Below, piece by piece: positions 17,885 through 18,115 of a stretch of DNA of 18,115 nt. How positions within the stretch are numbered: position 1 is the first letter of the stretch; every line of letters starts with the position of its first letter. Made by a program: the position numbers and the translations under genes. The notes below the pieces were generated by a model. The model made no database searches. It saw only the letters and a program-made list of their open reading frames with translations, and was not told where the DNA came from. The DNA comes from a virus. Lineage: Duplodnaviria > Heunggongvirae > Uroviricota > Caudoviricetes. Location of the stretch: positions 1-18,115 of IMG/VR virus record IMGVR_UViG_2579778982_000016, one strand, 5' to 3'.

Positions 17885-18115
17885 TCACTCCACCTTTTCA
17901 TCAATCCAATCCGCCCACCACTGCATCATTTCTCTGCGCTTATCGAGATACTGCGCATGGTTGTAAATACCGCGCACAGATCCGCCGTTGGCATGTGCCA
18001 GTTGCACTTCAATAGCATCAGCAGGCCATTCGTGCTCGTTCATAATCGTGCTGAATTCATGCCTGAATCCGTGACCGCTTTCCAGACCTTCATAGCCGAT
18101 TTGTTTGATCACAAG
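17885..18115 (-). CDS. int: tyrosine integrase, C-terminal part (gene continues beyond window end)
   Basis: Translation ...HGFRHEFSTIMNE...AIEVQLAHANGGSVRGIYNHAQYLDKRREMMQWWADWIDEKVE carries the His-x-x-Arg box and a C-terminal Tyr region typical of lambda-family tyrosine recombinases. Reading frame is open to the window edge. Confidence 0.8.
   Translation of the reverse strand, partial: LVIKQIGYEGLESGHGFRHEFSTIMNEHEWPADAIEVQLAHANGGSVRGIYNHAQYLDKRREMMQWWADWIDEKVE

Noticed and set aside
1-18115. CRISPR arrays, rRNA or IS elements
   Set aside because: No regularly spaced direct repeats with unique spacers, no rRNA-like conserved stretches, and no terminal inverted repeats flanking a transposase-like ORF were seen; the repeats present are short operator-like palindromes.

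Overview
This window reads as the right-hand half of a P22-like temperate podophage genome (Lederbergvirus-type, enterobacterial host), about 50% GC across the structural genes. On the + strand it carries a 5'-truncated portal gene, then scaffold, coat, and the head-completion, tail-needle and ejection-protein genes in P22 order (4, 10, 26, 14, 7, 20, 16). An accessory island follows (11.3-14.0 kb) with mixed gene orientation and AT-rich stretches: a multi-pass membrane protein (sieA-like by position), a 328-aa hypothetical protein behind a promoter embedded in repeated inverted repeats, a 61-aa coiled-coil protein, and a ClpP-fold serine protease whose start overlaps the stop of an Mnt-like repressor gene. 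Then comes a recognisable immI module (mnt, arc, ant), a mosaic tailspike, and the 3' end of a tyrosine integrase only about 100 bp downstream. No rRNA, tRNA or CRISPR array was found. The best candidates for an undescribed system are the ClpP-like protease coupled to mnt and the neighbouring 328-aa/61-aa gene pair. All homology statements come from reading the translations against remembered P22-family proteins, not from database searches.
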